Positions 41,097-50,576 of a DNA stretch of 63,887 bases are shown piece after piece. The stretch comes from Chitinophagaceae bacterium (lineage in GTDB: Bacteria > Bacteroidota > Bacteroidia > Chitinophagales > Chitinophagaceae). The notes under the pieces were generated by a model. It searched no databases. It was not told the DNA's origin and was given only the letters and a program-made list of their open reading frames with translations. A program made the position numbers and the translations under genes. Positions within the stretch are counted from its first letter, which is position 1; the number at the start of each line of letters is the position of its first letter. The DNA is taken from assembly GCA_031371915.1 (NCBI GenBank), contig JANMKG010000420.1, positions 1 to 63,887 on the forward strand, read 5' to 3'.

Positions 41097-41660
41097 CTAC
41101 TTTTTAGCAGGTGGTAACAGTACAGCATCAATAACATGGATGATTCCATTACTCGCAGGAATGGAAGCAACAATGTTGGCTGTTCCATTGACCATTATTT
41201 TGCCATCCTTTACGCTTACTGTAATATTATCCCCGTTGGCCATCCCGATGACCTGTCCGTCTTTCAGGCTTTCTGCTTTGTAACCAGCTACCGCCACATG
41301 GTACTGGAGGATATTCTGCAGGTCGGCTTTTTTATCGTCCTTCATCAATCCGTCCACCGTGCCGGCCGGCAATTTATCAAAGGCTGCATTCGTTGGTGCA
41401 AATACCGTAAATGGCCCGGCGTTGGATAAGGAGGTAACCAGTTCTGCCTGCTTCAATGCTGCGACAAGTGTTGTATGATCTTTAGAGCCCATGGCCACTT
41501 TTACAACATCTTTCGCGGATTCATCATCCTTTACAGCTTCCTGGCCGGAAGTACTAACAGTTTCATCTGTTGAAGACGTGTCCGTTTTATTATCACCCTT
41601 ATTATTGCAGGCCAGCAATAAACTGAGAGCAAGAACGGGTAAACTGAATATCTTTTTCAT
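41097..41660 (-). CDS. Fasciclin (FAS1) domain lipoprotein
   Basis: Lipobox LLAC; FTVFAPTNAAF; ILQYHV; NGIIHVIDAVL. Confidence 0.93.
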   Translation of the reverse strand: MKKIFSLPVLALSLLLACNNKGDNKTDTSSTDETVSTSGQEAVKDDESAKDVVKVAMGSKDHTTLVAALKQAELVTSLSNAGPFTVFAPTNAAFDKLPAGTVDGLMKDDKKADLQNILQYHVAVAGYKAESLKDGQVIGMANGDNITVSVKDGKIMVNGTANIVASIPASNGIIHVIDAVLLPPAKK

Positions 41661-41669
41661 AAATATGTT

Positions 41670-43673
41670 TTACTTGGTTGCTTTGGTTGATACACTGTCA
41701 GGCGTTGTTTTACCAGTGCTGAAAGAGATCGGCACAGCAGACCCAGCGGCACTTACCCGGATATAGCCTTGCATTTCCTGGTGCAGCGCCGAACAGAAGT
41801 CGGTACAATAGAAGGGATATACACCGGCTTTTTCGGGTGTCCATTTCAAGGTCTGTGTTTCCCCCGGCATGATAAGTAACTCACCGTTATTCGCTCCTTT
41901 GATCGCAAAACCATGCGGCACATCCCAATCCTGTTCCAGGTTGGTGATATGGAAATAAACTACATCACCCATTTTTACCCCTTCAATATTATCGGGGGTA
42001 AAGTGTGAACGGATGGAGGTTGCATACACATGTATCTCGTTGCCCTTGCGTTCCACTCTTGCATAATTATCTCCCTTGGCAGCATAGGGATTGGCATTCT
42101 CTTCGATCTTAAAGATCTTAACGCTGTTCTTTGAGATAAGGTCAGCTGGTATCATTTCGGCATAGTGCGGTTCACCAATGGTGGGGAAGTCTAATAGTAA
42201 TTTCATTTTGTCGCCACTGATATCATACAATTGGGCACTTTGCGACAGCTCAGGGCCTGTAGGCAGGAAACGGTCTTTTGTGATCTTGTTATAGGCGATC
42301 ATGTATTTACCCCAGGGTTTTTTGGAAGGCCCGCCCGCAACACTAAGGTGCCCTACTGAATAATAAGTCGGTACGCGGTCAAGCACTTTCAGATCTTTTA
42401 TACTCCATTTCACTATTTCGGAAGAAACAAAGAATGAAGTATAGGCATTCCCTTTATCATCAAACTCGGTATGCAAAGGTCCAAGACCTGGTTTTGCTAC
42501 TTCGCCATACAGAACGGATTCATATTTCAGTACGGGTATACCTTCGTATTCTCCGTCATAGGATTTCGCGGCGATCGCTGCCTGGATCTTGGTGAAAGAA
42601 AATACAGGGATGGTTGCGGCCAGTTTACCGCTACCCACGATGTATTCACCCGTTGGATCGGTATCACAACCATGCGGAGATTTGGGGCAGGGCATAAAAT
42701 AGACCATATCAGGACAATCTTTCGGGTCGAGCATGACCACTTCTTTCATCAGGGTAGAAGTGGCTGTATGTGTATTCTCGTCATATATATTATGCGCATA
42801 ATTAGCAGGTCTTTTCTGTCCTTTTCCGGCTTTCAGGTATTCTTCTGCTTTTTTCCAGTTCACACAAAGAATAAAGTCTTTATCCTTTTGACTGGCGTTT
42901 ACTTCGAGCAGGGTGTTGGCTCTTTCAGAATTATAGCAACTGAAAAAGAACCAGCCATGTGATTTACCCTTTCCTGCACGTGCCAGGTCAAAGTCGACCC
43001 CGGGGAGAAGGATCTGAAAATTGATACTCATGTTACCGCTTGTTTTATCAACAGCGATAAAACTCAGGGTCCCTTTAAAGTTTTGTTTATACGTGTTGAT
43101 CGCAACATCCCCATTGCTGTTATCCATCGGGATAGAAAAGCGGGTGCCTGCTACAACATATTCTGAGTTCTCTGTAATAAAAGGAGAGGAGTGATTCCCC
43201 GCGCTGTTAGGTATCTCCAGTATCTCAGCAGTACGAAAGGTCTTCAGGTCTACCCTCGCCAATCTCGGGGTATTATTACCATTGGCAAAAACCCAGCGGC
43301 CATCCTGTATGCCATCGGTTTGAGAGAGGGCGATATGGTGAAGATCATCCCAGGGCACAAAACCATGCGAAGTGTTCAGCATAGGTTTGGTCTCTTCGCT
43401 GAATCCATATCCCTTCTCAGGATCAACTGAGAATACAGGGATAACCCGAAGTAAACGACCGGAAGGGATACCATAAACAGACATTTGGCCGCTGAAACCA
43501 CCGGATACGAAATCATAGAACTCATCGTACTTACCGGGCGCCACATAGACCCGGGACGCGGCATTGCCACTAACAGCGGATTGTGTTCCTTTTGGTTTAC
43601 ATGCTTGTAAAAGAAGCAGGCCGGTTACAATAAACAGCAGAGCTGTCAATGATCTGGCAGGAAATCGTTTCAT
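41670..43673 (-). CDS. nosZ: Nitrous oxide reductase, clade II (Sec/lipoprotein signal)
   Basis: LLQAC lipobox and no twin-Arg; CuZ His motifs DDLHH, GNH, PHG, PLH, VGH, EPH; CuA HGF...CTDFCSALHQEM. Confidence 0.97.
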   Translation of the reverse strand: MKRFPARSLTALLFIVTGLLLLQACKPKGTQSAVSGNAASRVYVAPGKYDEFYDFVSGGFSGQMSVYGIPSGRLLRVIPVFSVDPEKGYGFSEETKPMLNTSHGFVPWDDLHHIALSQTDGIQDGRWVFANGNNTPRLARVDLKTFRTAEILEIPNSAGNHSSPFITENSEYVVAGTRFSIPMDNSNGDVAINTYKQNFKGTLSFIAVDKTSGNMSINFQILLPGVDFDLARAGKGKSHGWFFFSCYNSERANTLLEVNASQKDKDFILCVNWKKAEEYLKAGKGQKRPANYAHNIYDENTHTATSTLMKEVVMLDPKDCPDMVYFMPCPKSPHGCDTDPTGEYIVGSGKLAATIPVFSFTKIQAAIAAKSYDGEYEGIPVLKYESVLYGEVAKPGLGPLHTEFDDKGNAYTSFFVSSEIVKWSIKDLKVLDRVPTYYSVGHLSVAGGPSKKPWGKYMIAYNKITKDRFLPTGPELSQSAQLYDISGDKMKLLLDFPTIGEPHYAEMIPADLISKNSVKIFKIEENANPYAAKGDNYARVERKGNEIHVYATSIRSHFTPDNIEGVKMGDVVYFHITNLEQDWDVPHGFAIKGANNGELLIMPGETQTLKWTPEKAGVYPFYCTDFCSALHQEMQGYIRVSAAGSAVPISFSTGKTTPDSVSTKATK

Positions 43674-43747
43674 AAATTATTTATTTAGCAGTTTTAAGAA
43701 ATCTAAATTTTCACGCTGGTCCCATTCATTGCACTGGCCACGGAAAG

Positions 43748-44218
43748 TTATTTTTCACCATCATTTCTACGCATGAACTCGATCACTTCACGGGCCTGGT
43801 CCTTGCTCAGGTTTTGATTGGGCATACGCACCATACAAAGCTCTAGTAGCTTTTGTGCCTCCGGATCTGAGTCCAGCATCATTTCTGTATCGGTGATCAT
43901 GTTCATGATCCAGATGGGTTCTCTTCTTTTTGTTACATCTTTCCATCCTGGTCCAACTAACTTCTCGCCTGTAAGCCTATGACAGGATTGACATTTTAGT
44001 TCATACGTGGCTTTACCAGTAACGACCATTTTTTCATCCAGCGGGGTGGTGAGTTTTAACTCATCCGACTTGATCTCCGGGCTTTTAGTTTCTTCTTTGT
44101 CTTTTGTTAGGTCCTTGATATCAACCGGTTTTTCATCTTTTTTTACGCCTTCATTGCACGCAAAAAGGAAAAAGGTTCCGGTACAAAGCAGGACGGTCAG
44201 CAGTTTAAAGATTTTCAT
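43748..44218 (-). CDS. Cytochrome c lipoprotein at the head of the nos operon
   Basis: Lipobox LFAC; CQSCH; VGPGW; RMP. Confidence 0.9.
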   Translation of the reverse strand: MKIFKLLTVLLCTGTFFLFACNEGVKKDEKPVDIKDLTKDKEETKSPEIKSDELKLTTPLDEKMVVTGKATYELKCQSCHRLTGEKLVGPGWKDVTKRREPIWIMNMITDTEMMLDSDPEAQKLLELCMVRMPNQNLSKDQAREVIEFMRRNDGEK

Positions 44219-44253
44219 ATTTTTTTTGTTTTGTTTAATACGAATCCAAAAGA

Positions 44254-44341
44254 GACATCATTGTCCGTAATGCCCCAAAAGTAGAAGGGGGGAAAGAGGG
44301 TAGTAATGATCAACCTCAAAGAATCGTATGATATTAATCAG
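44254..44341 (-). promoter_or_regulatory. nos operon promoter with two TGA-N6-TCA boxes and a candidate operator
   Basis: -7 box TACTTTTG (44276-44283); ATGATCAACCTCAA at 44306; ATGATATTAATCAG at 44328; GACA-N4-TGTC at 44254-44265. Confidence 0.68.
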
Positions 44342-44533
44342 ATTGAAGAAATGGGAATGACTCCTAAAGCTATCAATGTTCGTATCCTTTACGGTTACAG
44401 AATTTGGGAAATTTGTTACAGTATTCACACGTTGAAGCCTGCTGAAAACAATTGTCTTTCGCCAATACCGGTTAAGAAAAGCCAGGAGGTTTTTACAAAC
44501 CATTGCTGGTATCTTTTGGTGATCCCCTGGCTA

Positions 44534-44598
44534 ATGACCATCATCAAAGGATTGCATGATATTTATCACCTTCAGGGAAATCTGGTAGTGTAATTTTG
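44534..44598 (+). promoter_or_regulatory. rrf2 promoter with two TGA-N6-TCA boxes
   Basis: ATGACCATCATCAA at 44534; ATGATATTTATCAC at 44556; TAATTTTG at 44591-44598. Confidence 0.68.
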
Positions 44599-44604
44599 AT
44601 TTTG

Positions 44605-45045
44605 ATGATATTCTCTAAATCATTTGGTTATGCCCTGCGCGGTGTGTTATACGTGGCGATATGTAATGAGACCAGGACAAAGGTTCAATTGGAAGAGATG
44701 GCAGGTAAACTCGGCATTCCGCGTCATTTCATGGGAAAAGTGATGAAAAACCTGGTAAAGCAGGGCGTGATCAGTTCCAAGAAAGGACCTTATGGAGGAT
44801 TTTATACCAACGAGCGGACAATGGCAACCAACTTATTTACCCTGGTGGAAGTGACCGGGGAGGTGGAAGAATTTAGCAATTGTGTGCTGCGCTTCAGGAA
44901 ATGTAATGCCTCGAGACCCTGTCCCTTGCATGGACAAATGGAAACATTGAGAAGGCAATGGCAGCGTTTATTATCAACAACAACTATCGGGGACCTGTTA
45001 AATAAAGAACAACCTGATTTTATCCGCAGCATTGCCGCCTTATGA
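44605..45045 (+). CDS. Rrf2 family regulator with three Cys (probably Fe-S)
   Basis: YALR, S.KGPYGGF, CVL...C.....CPLH. ATG at 44605. Confidence 0.92.
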   Translation: MIFSKSFGYALRGVLYVAICNETRTKVQLEEMAGKLGIPRHFMGKVMKNLVKQGVISSKKGPYGGFYTNERTMATNLFTLVEVTGEVEEFSNCVLRFRKCNASRPCPLHGQMETLRRQWQRLLSTTTIGDLLNKEQPDFIRSIAAL

Positions 45046-45106
45046 ATGATTGCTACATGACAAAGATCACTTTAAATAATGGAAGGATATTTTAATTTGC
45101 TACTGA

Positions 45107-45856
45107 ATGTTTTTACAACCATTTGAAATAAACCGCAAATCATTGGTGAGCGATATTGTGGGACAGGACTACCGGACGGCCGAGGTTTTCCGCCGTCACG
45201 GTATCGGTTATTGCTGCGGGGGTAAGTGGCCGGTGGATATGGCTTGTGAAATGCACGGCGTGGATCCTGAAAAATTACAGATGGAACTCGAGGCTTCGAT
45301 CCGGACCGTTCCTGTTTCCAACCAGCTTGAATTCACAGAATGGAATATTGATTTCCTGATCGATTATATCCTCAATATTCATCACCAATATATAAAAAAG
45401 CAGCTGCCCCGGACAATAGAACTCCTGGCGGATTTTGCAAAAGAACATGCCAAAAAGTTCCCCTGGGTGACGGAACTTGAAAATATGATCGACCAGCTTG
45501 ACAAGTTGCTCCAGTCATCCATGAAAAAAGAAGAGGAAGCTTTGTTTCCCTATATCCGGCAGATCGCACATGCTTATAATGACAAAGAACCTTATGCTGT
45601 CTTATTGGTCCGGACTTTCCGTAAACCTGTTGGCGACATCCTTTCTAAAGGCCATGAGGCAGTTGCTAGTATTATCAGTTTGATCCGGGATATTACCAAC
45701 AAATACACGATACCGCCCAACGTTTGTACGAGCCATAAAGTGGTTATTTCAAAACTGAAAGAACTTGACCAGGACATCATGCAACACATGTACCTGGAAC
45801 AATCCATACTTTTCCCCAGGGCCCTGGCAATTGAACAGGAAGTACTGGCTATGTAA
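45107..45856 (+). CDS. ric: Ric/YtfE/ScdA-like iron-centre repair protein
   Basis: GIGYCCGG (ScdA_N), HHQY, KEE..LFP, P..VC, H..LE..ILFP. Upstream box ATGACAAAGATCAC at 45057. Confidence 0.8.
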   Translation: MFLQPFEINRKSLVSDIVGQDYRTAEVFRRHGIGYCCGGKWPVDMACEMHGVDPEKLQMELEASIRTVPVSNQLEFTEWNIDFLIDYILNIHHQYIKKQLPRTIELLADFAKEHAKKFPWVTELENMIDQLDKLLQSSMKKEEEALFPYIRQIAHAYNDKEPYAVLLVRTFRKPVGDILSKGHEAVASIISLIRDITNKYTIPPNVCTSHKVVISKLKELDQDIMQHMYLEQSILFPRALAIEQEVLAM

Positions 45857-45887
45857 ACGTTTTCGGCAGGCAAGAGAATGGTTTGCA

Positions 45888-48401
45888 TCAACGCCGGTAG
45901 CCCAATTTGAGAAAGCCAGCTTTATATACTTCAAACCACATAACACTGGCGAAGGCAACTCCAAAGCAAAGCCAGAATGAATCCCAACGGATGGGGATGA
46001 GCTGGAAAAAATTCCTGACCGCAGGGATAAAATGCATGGCTGAAAGGAAAGCTGCCGAAATGATAAGGATAACGGGTGCGAGGTTGTTTTTATAGCGGGC
46101 GGTATAAAAGACCGTTTTGGTAAAGGACCGGTTAACAGAGGTGAGAAATATATTGCTTAATAGTAAAGTGGTGAAAACAATGGTCCTGATTTCTTCAGTG
46201 CTGGCTCCATTCTTCATGAAATAATAATACAGGGATAAAACAGCAGCGGCGATAACAAGACCCTGCACTATACTATGAAGTAATTCACCTGTTGAAAATA
46301 TACTGTGGTGTTTTTCCCGGGGGGGCACCTGCATAATACTTCCTTCCACTGGTTCCCTTTCAAAAAAAATGGAGCAGGTAGGGCCCATAATAAGTTCCAT
46401 GAAGATCACGTGTACGGGGGTAAAAATGTTGGGATGTGTCCACCCGAGCAGGAGGGGCAGGGAGGCGGTCAGGATAATTGGGATATGGATCGAAATAATA
46501 TAACGGATGGCTTTTTTCAGGTTACTGAAGATCTTTCTTCCTTCACTGATGGCTGTTACTAATCTCTCCAGGTTATCATCTGTCAATACCAGGTCCGCGG
46601 CCTGCCTGGCTATCTCTGTACCTTTTTTACCCATAGCGATACCGATGCTGGCAGCCTTTAAAGCCGGGCCATCATTTACGCCATCACCCGTCATGGCGAC
46701 AATTTCGTCATTGGCCTTTATCGCATTGATCACTTTTAACTTGGCATCGGGGAACATCCGGGCAAATACATTGCTATTTTTTACGATCTTTTTTAATTCT
46801 TCCTCTTTCATCAGCATTACCTCATCTCCGCTAACACATTCCTGCAAGTGGCGAATACCTACCTGCCCGGCAATATTCATCGCCGTTTCGGGATGATCAC
46901 CGGTGATCAATTTAATATCGATCCCCGCTTCATAAAACAGTTTCAAAACTTCAGCTGCATTTTTTTTTGGCGGATCATATAAGGCAAGCAAACCTTCAAA
47001 CTGCCAGTTAAATTCGTCCTGACCGGCAGGAAGGGCCGATTCGTCATGTATTGCGCTGGCCACCCCAAGTACCCGGTAACCTTTTGAAGCCAACGAATTA
47101 ATATGCGCCTGTATCTGTTGTTCTTTTACCGGGGTTAGACGACAAACCCTGGTTATCCTTTCCGCTGCACCTTTTGCGGCCACCAGTTTCTTATTCTCAT
47201 CATCGTAAACATGAGTCATCATAGGGGGCTTTCCTTCAAGTGGATACTCATAAACCATATTCAGCAGCTGCCCTGTTTTGTTACCCTTATAGTTACGGTA
47301 CGCTTCCCAGATCGCTTTTTCCATCGGGTCAAATGGATCTGTCTCACTAGCCAGTACAGCATAGTGGAGCAGGGCGCTCCCGGGTAACAGGTTACCGGCA
47401 GTTAACTCAAGCAGGCTATCACTTCGATTGTCATAAATACTTTTGAGCTGCATCTTATTTTCTGTGAGCGTACCTGTTTTGTCAAAACAGAAAACGCTGA
47501 CAGCACCAAGGTTTTCCACGATCTGCGGTTGTCTTGAAATGATCCCCAGCTTACTCATTTTGTAAGCGCCCAATGCCATAAACGAAGAGAAGGCTACAGG
47601 GATCTCTTCCGGCACCGCCGACATAGCCAGGGTAAGTGCAAACAGCAAACTGGTAGACCATTCCCCGTAATGCAGGTAATTCATGAATAGTACAATGAAA
47701 AAACCAACCAATCCAAATAAAGCAAAACGCTGCACAAATTTGCTCATCTGTACTTGCAACAATGTTTTGGGAGGCTGGTAGCTGCCTACGGCTTTCCCTA
47801 ACTTTCCCAGTACGGTGCTGTTCCCTGTAGCCGTCACCCTCGCAATGCATTTGCCGCTGTTGATCGTAGTTCCCTGGTATAATAAATTATGCCCGGCTGT
47901 TTCATTTTTCTCAGCAGGTAAAGATTCTCCCGTAATGACTGATTCGTTTACAGAAAGATCGTTTGCCCGGAGAAGAAGGCCATCAGCGGGAATATTCATA
48001 CCTTCTTCGAGCAGTACAATATCACCCGGTACTAGCTCTTCCGCCGGCAGTTTTACTTCACGGTCATCCCGGATGACTGTCACTTCCTCCACTGTAAATT
48101 CCTTTAATGCATTGATGGCATTGCTGCTTTTAACCTCCTGGTAGAAACCAATTGTAGTGACAATGCACATGGCCACCAGCATCATTATGCCTTCATTGAG
48201 TTCGTGTAAAATAAAATAGAGAGAACAGGCAATAAGTAAAAGAAGGAACATGGGTTCTTTGACGATATCCCAAATGATCCTCAGTAAGCGCCGTGAAGTC
48301 CCGGGACTGAATTCATTTTTCCCGTACAGTTGCCGGAGAGCGGGAATCTCCCGGGTTGATAGTCCTGGTACCTGATCGGGTTTAAGTACTTTTTCCGGCA
48401 T
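45888..48401 (-). CDS. Cation-transporting P-type ATPase (P2-like, PEEIP variant)
   Basis: TGES, PEEIP, DKTGTLT, KGA, TGD, GDGVND. Confidence 0.93.
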   Translation of the reverse strand: MPEKVLKPDQVPGLSTREIPALRQLYGKNEFSPGTSRRLLRIIWDIVKEPMFLLLLIACSLYFILHELNEGIMMLVAMCIVTTIGFYQEVKSSNAINALKEFTVEEVTVIRDDREVKLPAEELVPGDIVLLEEGMNIPADGLLLRANDLSVNESVITGESLPAEKNETAGHNLLYQGTTINSGKCIARVTATGNSTVLGKLGKAVGSYQPPKTLLQVQMSKFVQRFALFGLVGFFIVLFMNYLHYGEWSTSLLFALTLAMSAVPEEIPVAFSSFMALGAYKMSKLGIISRQPQIVENLGAVSVFCFDKTGTLTENKMQLKSIYDNRSDSLLELTAGNLLPGSALLHYAVLASETDPFDPMEKAIWEAYRNYKGNKTGQLLNMVYEYPLEGKPPMMTHVYDDENKKLVAAKGAAERITRVCRLTPVKEQQIQAHINSLASKGYRVLGVASAIHDESALPAGQDEFNWQFEGLLALYDPPKKNAAEVLKLFYEAGIDIKLITGDHPETAMNIAGQVGIRHLQECVSGDEVMLMKEEELKKIVKNSNVFARMFPDAKLKVINAIKANDEIVAMTGDGVNDGPALKAASIGIAMGKKGTEIARQAADLVLTDDNLERLVTAISEGRKIFSNLKKAIRYIISIHIPIILTASLPLLLGWTHPNIFTPVHVIFMELIMGPTCSIFFEREPVEGSIMQVPPREKHHSIFSTGELLHSIVQGLVIAAAVLSLYYYFMKNGASTEEIRTIVFTTLLLSNIFLTSVNRSFTKTVFYTARYKNNLAPVILIISAAFLSAMHFIPAVRNFFQLIPIRWDSFWLCFGVAFASVMWFEVYKAGFLKLGYRR

Positions 48402-48451
48402 CAGCTTTTAAGTTTTTCTACCGTAACGATCGTATTACTGCCGGATCCTCA

Positions 48452-48757
48452 TTATCGATCCGCCTTTTTTTTAAAGAGACTGTCAAGTTTTTCTTTTGCT
48501 TTTGCACCCATCTTTTGCGCAAGCAGGGCGATTCCGTATGTGAAAGTGCTTTTTAAAATATCATCACCGCTAAAAAAAGCAGCTGTTTTCTTTTCCACAA
48601 AACCATGCCAGGCATCTTTGGCGAGATTGACCGGTTTAACTGAACTTTTCAGTTCCTTCCAGTTATCCCTGATCTTATCTTCCAGTATAACCTGCTGGTG
48701 CCGGAGTCTTTTTTTCTCGGCCTTCAATTCATGTATGCTTTTTATCTTCTTCATCAT
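48452..48757 (-). CDS. Hypothetical protein, coupled to the upstream membrane protein
   Basis: Basic coiled ORF overlapping the upstream gene end. Confidence 0.7.
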   Translation of the reverse strand: MMKKIKSIHELKAEKKRLRHQQVILEDKIRDNWKELKSSVKPVNLAKDAWHGFVEKKTAAFFSGDDILKSTFTYGIALLAQKMGAKAKEKLDSLFKKKADR

Positions 48758-49097
48758 CGTTGAAAAATTGTTGAATTAATGCATTCATCAGTGGGAGCCT
48801 GATCAATTTACCTCTTGCGGACCACGCGATTATACCGATCAGCAGGTAGAGCAGGGCCACCACGAGGAATCCAGCCCAGGGCTTCCCGATCCATCCTCCT
48901 AAAGCCACGGATAAGGCAATACCGGAGAAGATCATAAAAAGAAAAAATACGAGGGCCACCGCGACCGCGGCCACTATATTGGCTACGATCTTAGAGGTTT
49001 TCTCCGCCACTCCCAGTTTTACCGTTTCGACCCGGATATTGATATAATCTTTTACCGTATTGACCATTTCTTCAGCTCTGGCAAATGTTTTTTCCAT
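48729..49097 (-). CDS. Two-TM YqjE / 'phage holin family'-like protein
   Basis: DYINIRVETVKL helix, two TMs, W.GFL.VA..Y. Confidence 0.75.
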   Translation of the reverse strand: MEKTFARAEEMVNTVKDYINIRVETVKLGVAEKTSKIVANIVAAVAVALVFFLFMIFSGIALSVALGGWIGKPWAGFLVVALLYLLIGIIAWSARGKLIRLPLMNALIQQFFNDDEEDKKHT

Positions 49098-49114
49098 CTT
49101 TAATTTATTTGATA

Positions 49115-49180
49115 CAAAGATTGCTTTTTCCTTCTTCCAGGGGAATGAAGAGGATCAACCTGGTTACTGACGATGCTCAG
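49115..49180 (-). promoter_or_regulatory. Internal promoter with two TGA-N6-TCA boxes
   Basis: -7-like AATCTTTG (49115-49122); ATGAAGAGGATCAA at 49145; CTGACGATGCTCAG at 49167. Confidence 0.62.
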
Positions 49181-50043
49181 GTAAAGGACCAGGAAGGAAG
49201 AAAAGCGGATCTCCCAGTTAAAATGTTAGCGAGATCTGCCGTTAATTTTCTCAACAGGAGTTGTTTCATTGTTATTTTGTCTTTGATCCAGTTCTTTTTA
49301 ACCCGTTCCATGAGTTCCCGGTCATGGCTGTTCAGACGGGTTAGCCAATAGGATTTAACCAGGGCGATAGCATTACACTGATCCTGGAAGTTTCCCAGTT
49401 CCTCCAGTAGTTGAGTATAATAGCTGATATCTTTCCCTCTCATGACAGCGACAGACACAGATAACAGGGTATGTTCGGGTCCTCCATATTTTTCCAAATT
49501 ATAGAACAGGTCTTTGAGGATCTTCCGGATGCCATGGATCCGCTCATCGCTGAAATACCCGCTGGCAAGGGTAGCGCGAATGGAAGCCCATTGTTTGGCA
49601 ACAAAATACTGGAAACTGGTTAGCTGGAACAGGTCGGGTAGACCCGGGTCTGTTTTCTTCTTGCTTTCTGCCACCGGGTGGCCCGATAAGATTTCGAACA
49701 GTTCCGGTTTTAATTTTTCCACTTCTTTTTCCAGGAGATTGAGATAAGACTGCGGTCTTTGGGGCTCAGCCTCTGTGACGGCCTTCACCCTTTCTTGCTG
49801 CAGTTGCAGGTCACGGATACTTCCAGAAATAATGAAAGCTTTTTTTAGGTTCCTGCCTGCTTTAATTTCCACAGCGGTTCTTTCATTCCACATCAGCGCA
49901 CGTAAAAAAGCCCTTAATTTCTTGTATTCCACCCTGAACTGGTGGATGGCTTCCGGGTCAAAGCTTTCCGCTATTTTTGCACTCCGTTTTTTTAACCGGC
50001 GGTAATGTGTATCCGTAATATACTGTAACTGCTCCCTGTTCAT
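49177..50043 (-). CDS. CHAD domain protein
   Basis: IHQFRVEYKKLRAFL, G.IRD, IHGIRKILK.L.Y, LGNFQD. Confidence 0.85.
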   Translation of the reverse strand: MNREQLQYITDTHYRRLKKRSAKIAESFDPEAIHQFRVEYKKLRAFLRALMWNERTAVEIKAGRNLKKAFIISGSIRDLQLQQERVKAVTEAEPQRPQSYLNLLEKEVEKLKPELFEILSGHPVAESKKKTDPGLPDLFQLTSFQYFVAKQWASIRATLASGYFSDERIHGIRKILKDLFYNLEKYGGPEHTLLSVSVAVMRGKDISYYTQLLEELGNFQDQCNAIALVKSYWLTRLNSHDRELMERVKKNWIKDKITMKQLLLRKLTADLANILTGRSAFLPSWSFT

Positions 50044-50111
50044 TTCATGCTTTTAAATTGCTTTCTTGTTCCTTTTACAGAGCCAGGGTAGCGGAATACG
50101 TATACAATACA

Positions 50112-50567
50112 CTAATCGCTTTCAAACCTCCCTGTCTTTTCCGTGACGACGATCCGGTAAATAATGGGTTTGATATTACCAGGGGAACGAGGGTGTATCC
50201 TGCTTTCCGCTACTTCAGGCGGCAAAGCGGTTTCGCTGATTTTCAACCGCATCATCCTGTCGACAAATAATTTCATGGCCGCATATCGTTCCCTTTCCTC
50301 TTTCAATTCCTGGTATTCACCCCAGGCTATCACACTTTTCCAGTTGGTGAAGCTTTTCATTTCATCTACTTCAAAACACACTTGCGGGTTCTTTCTCATC
50401 ATGTCTATCTTCAATCCTGCCACGGAGTGACCGATAATATATTTACCATCATAGACGTAATTGATGGGTACGACGTAGGTCCTGCTGCCGTTATGGCAAC
50501 CAATTCGACCCAGTACGTTTTTCTCCAGGACCTCTTCTATTTTTTCTTCCGTTAGTTTGCCGATCAT
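50112..50567 (-). CDS. Pyridoxamine 5'-phosphate oxidase-like flavin-binding protein
   Basis: GRIGC, YVVPINY, G.K..MMRKNPQVCFEVD, WKSVIAWG. Confidence 0.87.
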   Translation of the reverse strand: MIGKLTEEKIEEVLEKNVLGRIGCHNGSRTYVVPINYVYDGKYIIGHSVAGLKIDMMRKNPQVCFEVDEMKSFTNWKSVIAWGEYQELKEERERYAAMKLFVDRMMRLKISETALPPEVAESRIHPRSPGNIKPIIYRIVVTEKTGRFESD

Positions 50568-50576
50568 AAAAATGGT

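Noticed and set aside
44306-44593. 95-aa ORF between the nos cytochrome c gene and rrf2
   Set aside because: It spans two divergent promoters, its ATG is part of a TGA-N6-TCA box, and it has no protein-like features.
48729-49097. Prophage holin
   Set aside because: No phage genes nearby; context is a stress/anoxia cluster typical of chromosomal YqjE-like proteins.
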